From Octopus vulgaris (Eukaryota), in the NCBI GenBank assembly GCA_951406725.2, contig OX597818.1:52514001-52578000 (forward strand): a stretch of 64,000 nucleotides of DNA, given 5' to 3'. A program made the position numbers and the translations under genes. Positions within the stretch are counted from its first letter, which is position 1. Each line of letters opens with the position of its first letter. Below are positions 57,007-64,000 of this stretch, one piece after another. The notes beneath the pieces are model-generated. The model was not told the DNA's origin, ran no database searches, and was given only the letters and a program-made list of their open reading frames with translations.

Positions 57007-57372
57007 TTTACCCATATAAGCTTAAGGCGACCACAGTGCAATGACTAAGGAAAATAGTCTAATAACGGAGCATATAAGCATTCGACAGAAACAAAGAAGG
57101 CTTCCCTATCTGTGTGGGACACGAACCCACATCCCTTTGTTAACGCGGCTATGTAAACTTTACAACAGCCTCCCTTCTGATATGTCCCCTTTAACAATTA
57201 TGTATCCACTATATCGGAAATCTACAATGGTTTCATAAGTCCCATCTCGGCCTGAGCTTGGAGCCCTGATAATCCGTTACAGCACAGCGTTCCTAGTCAT
57301 TTAGATTACGTGTGGACTAACCCCTCCCCATATTTTGTGCATATATATACATATATATACATATATATATAC

Positions 57373-58005
<633 letters not shown>

Positions 58006-58339
58006 TTTTAAGAAAAACAGGTTATTTTGAAAGAATGGCAACATTAGTACTCACCATAAACCTGTTCGGCAGGGAAGCGGCAGTATGCTGGACGGCCTAC
58101 AGCACCTCACAGTAGACGACATTCTTCGTTTTGGCTTTCGGGGCGAACACAAAAAAGTTTTTTGCATCCGATGTATAACTAGCCGTGCGGGAAGCATGGT
58201 TGACTTAAATGGAAGCCTGTTGTTGTCAGTGTTTGGCCTTGGGACTTGTTGATGGACATGGCAAAGCAAAGTCGAAGAGGGAACTGAAGTCGACAAAAGC
58301 GACAGGGGCATTGCTTATCTCATGAGTATGAGGTATTCT

Positions 58340-59575
58340 GGGTATAAAGACGCTTTATGATTGGACACTTGATGAGATCCGAACTATTAACGTGAAAACC
58401 CGAAAAATACTAACAAGTACACATCATTACCACATAAACAGTGATTTAGACCTCCTGTACCTAAAACGAAAACAAGGTGACATAGGCTTAACATTGATCC
58501 AAAATGTCTTTGAATGTCGTATCAAATCCCTTTGGCAACATCTTTTAGCCACTAAGCGACGAAGTGCATCACTTGACCAAGTTTGCATATATGAGGCTGA
58601 TAACATCATAAGACTTGGAAGGCAGTTCCTTGGGCAACATTCTTTGTTTGATAAGCTAGAATACATGCTCAAAGATGTCGCGCGACTCGACCGCAACGTA
58701 TCATCAGATGAAAGGATGAGTCTGTATGAGCAGAAGACTATGCATGGATGTGTTAGGAGAAAGCTCCGAGATGATAGTGACATCGATCATCAAAGCAAAC
58801 TATCAATAGCCGGATTATTACCTCCCACTTTGAAGGGTATGCGTTTGCAATCTAGAAACACGAAATGTCAACCAAGTACCTGATGCACAAAAGGAATAGA
58901 GATGCAAGGAACGCAGCAAAATGTTACAACTGGTTCAGACTTTGTGCAGACACCGAAGTTATCCCCACATTATAAGCAGTTGTGCGAAAATGTCATCATG
59001 GTATTAACTACCGATGAGATATAATGTTGTAGCTAGGACACTATAAAGAAATCCGCCAGAAGGATAACCCTGAGAACAAAGAAATAAGAGTCTACATAAT
59101 GGTAGAAGCCATAGCCAATCATAAAAAAAGGAATACTGATGGAATGTACCAGTGAAGACCTCAATAAAATGTAAGCAAAACAGACGTAATATAATGATTT
59201 GGGACAGAGAAGAGAAACTGTGCTCAGTTGTGGAAATTAGCTGCTCAGCAGATGTTAACATAAAGCTGAAGATCAGTGAAAAGGAGTATACCTACGACGA
59301 ACTATTGAGAAATCTGCAGTTACTCTATCCAGATTACAAGTTAAGGTTTATACCTGTAATTACTGGGGCCCCGGGACATATAACACACTGCCTAAATACC
59401 AATCTTGAGAAATTAGGCTTCTCGAAACCAGAAAGGAGAAAGCTAATTCGAAGACTACAGATCGAATCCGTCACTGGAACTGTAAAAATCTGTACAACTT
59501 CCCAGAAGTTTATCATTTCAGTATATATGAACATGTCTAGATATGCAACTATATGCACGAGAATACATACATAAA
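58340..59575 (+). mobile_element. RLE-type (R4/Dong-like) LINE 3' 1.2 kb, degraded, followed by (CATA)n
   Basis: KTRKILT...INSDLDLLYLKRKQG..GL; ...VVEISC..D.N...EK...Y..L...FIPVITGA.G...LQ..SV.GT.KIC. Confidence 0.8.
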
Positions 59576-59846
59576 GCAAAACATACAAATCTGCATACAT
59601 ACATACATACATACATACATACATACATACATACATACAAATCTGCATACATACATACATACATACATACATACATACATACATACATACATACATACAT
59701 ACATACATACATACAAATCTGCATACATACATACATACATACATACATACATACATACAAATCTGCATACATACATACATACATACATACATACATACAT
59801 ACATACATACATACATACATACAAATCTGCATACATACATACATAC

Positions 59847-59877
<31 letters not shown>

Positions 59878-59907
59878 CATACAAAAGTACAAATACTTTC
59901 TACAGTG

Positions 59908-59938
<31 letters not shown>

Positions 59939-60865
59939 TCATGCTTTTTATTTTTGCGCGATGTATGCATGCATACATGCATACATGCATACATACATAC
60001 ATACACACATACACACATACATACATACATACATACATACACACATACATACGTACATACATACATACATACATACATACATACAAGAAATCTTGAAATA
60101 AACTGAATAATGACATACATGCATACACACATAAAAAATATTCTGTTGTTGGTATTGAAATACATACATACACATATGCCTACATACATACATACACATA
60201 TACATATACCTACAAACATACACATATGCCTACATACATACATACACACATACATACATACATACATACATGCACATGCATACATACATACATTCATACA
60301 TACATACACATATACATACATACATACATACATACATACATACATACATACATACATACATACACACACATATATACACACATACATACACATATACATA
60401 TACCTACAAACATACACATATGCCTACATACATACATACACACATACATACATACATACATACATGCACATGCATACATACATACATTCATACATACATA
60501 CACATATACATACATACATACATACATACATACACATACATATACATACATACATACACATAAACATATACCTACATACATACACATATATACACACATA
60601 CATACATACACACATACATACATACACATATGCCTACATACATACATACATACACATATACATATACCTACATACATACACATATATACACACATACATA
60701 CATAGACACATACATACATACATACATACATACATACATACATACATACACATATGCCTACATACATACATACACATATACATATACCTACATATATACA
60801 CATATATACACACATATATACATACACATATGCATACATACATATATACATACATACATACATAT
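59575..60865. repeat. Long interrupted (CATA)n microsatellite
   Basis: Periodic AAATCTG and TGCCTA interruptions. Confidence 0.95.
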
Positions 60866-61109
60866 GTTGTGTATATAAGCACTTGGATCCATATAACAGA
60901 CTAAACTCTTGCATGTGCCCCATCATAGCCCCTGTTCAATAAGGGGCCTTCAAAACACTAAATATTCACGTGACTAGTTATAATGTCGGTGACCTTGTAC
61001 CCAAACTGCAACAAAAGCAATACCTTAAGACTAGTTGTGGACATTAAATATCTGAAAGAAACAAAAGTACCAATTTCTTCAGGCGTCTTGTAATACTTTT
61101 GATATCAAA

Positions 61110-61507
61110 CTAGCAGTGTCACCCGGCGTTTCTCGCGTTTGTAAGGGAAATAACTATATAAGCACTTTTAGAGAGTTATAGCCAAAAAATAGCAAAAAAA
61201 TGCATTAAAAATGGAAAAAAAATGATGGTAAATTTTTTAAAAAATCGTTGACTCATTGTAGACATTTTTAGAGAGTTACTTCCCTTATATAATAGCGAAA
61301 AAAATGCATTAAAATGGAAAAAATGATGGTAAATTATTTTTAAAATCGTAGACTCATCGTAGACGCGCGCTAATACCCAGAAGGGCTCGATATGAATCAC
61401 GACTATAAGATACCCGGTTTTGGTTAAACTGCACCACAAAATGTAGGAGTAGTTACGAATCTAAATCGTAGGAGACAGACACACAACCTCACTTTTATAT
61501 ATAAAGA
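61110..61507 (-). mobile_element. Non-autonomous Helitron
   Basis: Minus strand A|TCTTTATATATAAAAG ... imperfect hairpin ... CTAG|T; internal tandem duplication. Confidence 0.75.
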
Positions 61508-61842
61508 TTATTCGATAATGCCAGTGGTGTCTTGGATGTGCACTAGGATTTTGTGGGAGTAATTCTATAGAGGGGAGTGTGCAAAAGCCCGGCAAATCTA
61601 CTCTGGCATTTGCAGCTGTCTGATAGGATTCAACTGGATTTCACGATTAGTTCAGCGAGAGGCATATTGTCCACTATTTTAACTATTTATATATGTTTTT
61701 TACTTGTTATATGTATAATATATAAATCTTTCTGTTTCTCCATATCTTCTTAAATGCCTACCTATCTCAAAACCGCCATCTTTCAATATAGTTAAACATG
61801 AAAATCTAAACTAGCAACAAGACTTATACTGTTTGCTATACT

Positions 61843-62310
61843 ATTTTTACTACCCACAAGGGGCTAAACACATAGAGGACAAACAAGGACAGATAAACGG
61901 ATTAAGTCGATTATATCGACCCCAGTGCGTAACTGGTACTTAATTTATCGACCCAGAAAGGATGGAAGGCAAAGTCGACCTCGGCGGAATTTGAACCCAG
62001 AACGTAACGGCAGACGAAATACGGCTACGCATTTCGCCCGGCGTGCTAACGTTTCTGCCAACTCGCCGCCAGTAATACATATTTCTTTATTACCCACAAG
62101 GGGCTAAACATAGAGGGGACAAACATGGACAGACATAGGTATTAAGTCGATTATATCGATCCCAGTGTTTAACTGGTACTTAATTTATCGACCCCGAAAG
62201 GATGAAAGGCAAAGTCGACCTCGGCGGAATTTGAACCCAGAACGTAACGGGCAGACGAAATACGGCTACGCATTTCGCCCGGCGTGCTAACGTTTCTGCC
62301 AACTCGCCGC
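61843..62310 (-). mobile_element. Two tandem full SINE family B units
   Basis: Both units carry the head and the same AGTAATAC flank, so this is a DNA-level tandem duplication. Confidence 0.85.
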
Positions 62311-63483
62311 CAGTAATACCATCCCATCCGTTATCAGTTATGGGGGTGGTGTGGAAAAGAATGAGAGACCATCGCAGGAGTAAAAAGAGAAGGTCGATGG
62401 GTGAGATTGTGTGTGTGTGGGGTGGTGGGGGTGGGGGAGAAAATGTCTATAAAACACTTGAAGAGAATCCCACACCAGCGGGTAGGGAAAAAAAATGGCA
62501 ATCCTGTGAACGAGCAACGAGCTGTGCTTTACAAAGTTGATACGATCATGATTCGCTACGTGGAGCTGATTTATAAAAAAGATTGGCAACGATAGAACAT
62601 TGCTGAAAACCACACCAAGGGTCTATCAATGTATGAAACAGTAAAAAGGAAGCACCCCCACCCTACAAAAAACTCAAAAGTTCACGGGAACCTTTGGTTG
62701 CACTCGGTTCCAAAACATCGGGTGGCAGGTAGGTAGAGTTGTAGGGTGGGGTGATCTGACATTCGGCTGATGATTTCTCATCTGTGTATGTGGGTCACCC
62801 AATTTGTGTTCGGTTAAATTATACCATGTTTTAATCACTATGTTTTTTTTTTTTAAAATATATTTCTATTTAATATTTGCTCTATTTAAAAAAAAAATAT
62901 TTATCAATTTTTCGCAGGCTCAGGGTAGAACGGTTCTATTCGTTCCTTCCTTCGTTTTTGTATAACTGTGTTTTGTCTATCCCCGAATGTTTTTGTAACC
63001 TCCATCTTTTAACATTTATTTGTGTGTATGAACACTCGTGGCCAAAAGAGAAATTACTTATGTTATTGTTATTAATAATGAAAGTATTGTTATTAATAAA
63101 GAAAGCATTATTATTAATAAACAAAGCATTATTATTATTCTACTATCACATTTAGGCTGGATATGGCCGTCAGTCGACTCCATTGTGAAGGTCGTCCCGC
63201 CGCTTTATTTTGGCTGGGAAAGGAGGCGGAGCGACCTTCCCTGGCTGGTGGGTATGGTGAAAGAAGCTGTCTGGTAAACGAGACTGAAAGACTGAAGACA
63301 GACACTCTCCTCTTTGGTCAAGCCTTCATCAGCGTTTTAAATTTCCAGTTAAAAAGCAAGGTAAGGGTGGAGAGAAGAGTGTTGCATACCCTACGCCATT
63401 AAATTTGTTGAAAAGTGGATGAATATAGCGAAGGTGGCTCGAGTGAGTGAGTGAATGATCCTATTCTGAACATAAATAAGTAC

Positions 63484-64000
63484 CTATTTCTTTATTACCC
63501 ACAAGGGGCTAAACATAGAGGGGACAAACAAGGACAAACATAGGTATTAAGTCGATTACATCGACCCCAGTGCGAAACTGGTACTTAATTTATCGACCCC
63601 GAAAGGATGAAAGGAAAAGTCAACCTCGGCGGAATTTGAACTCACAACGTAACGACAGACGAAATACCGCTAAGCATTTCGCCCGGCGTGCTAACGTTTC
63701 TGCCAGCTCGCCGCCTTATAAATAAGTACCAGTTATTTTTATAAATAAGAACATAAATAAGTACCAGTGACGCACTGGCGTCGATATAATCGACTAAGTC
63801 TCTTTGTCTGTCCTTGCTTGTCCCCTCTATGTTTGGTCCCCTGTGGGCAATAAAGAAATAAGAAATGTTAGCACACTGGAAGAAATGCTTGGCGGCATTT
63901 CGTCTGCCGTTACGTTCTGAGTTCAAATTCCGCCGAGGTCGACCTTGCCTTTCATCCTTTTGAGCATCGATAAATTAAGTACCAGTTGCGCACTGGGGTC
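63484..64000. mobile_element. SINE family B copies in divergent orientation (63484-63717 minus; about 63756-64000 plus)
   Basis: Consensus blocks on both strands. Confidence 0.8.

Noticed and set aside
59334-60942. Many overlapping MYVC/HTYI ORFs (also 26984-27302 and 43639-44641)
   Set aside because: Artefacts of (CATA)n and (CA)n repeats.
62761-62790. Hammerhead at CTGATGA (62767)
   Set aside because: No paired stem II followed by GAAA and a cleavage triplet.

Overview
Eukaryotic, AT-rich, repeat-saturated genomic DNA. The SINE families and the (TA)n, (TAA)n and (CATA)n landscape strongly suggest an octopus or other cephalopod; this is recognised from memory, not searched. I find no convincing host protein-coding exon, and most listed ORFs are microsatellite or SINE translation artefacts. 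The window is a mobile-element graveyard: four or more tRNA-derived SINE types (one forming head-less tandem multimers), RLE-type R4/Dong-like LINE ends stacked in (TAA)n, RTE/BovB and CR1 3' ends, Penelope-like elements (GIY-YIG and RT remnants), mariner and DD41D Tc1/mariner derivatives with fold-back arms, two Merlin-like MITEs with 8-bp TSDs, several non-autonomous Helitrons, a probable Chapaev3 remnant and a 39-bp minisatellite. Most notable are (1) two core-intact and about six degenerate minimal hammerhead ribozymes, mostly in short non-coding cassettes and palindromes embedded in (TA)n tracts, suggesting a (TA)n-targeted, Penelope-mobilised ribozyme/retrozyme-like system; (2) a near full-length U6 snRNA copy fused directly to a SINE head; and (3) filled and empty paralogous sites that give exact TSDs. 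Coordinates were read by eye and may be off by a few bases.
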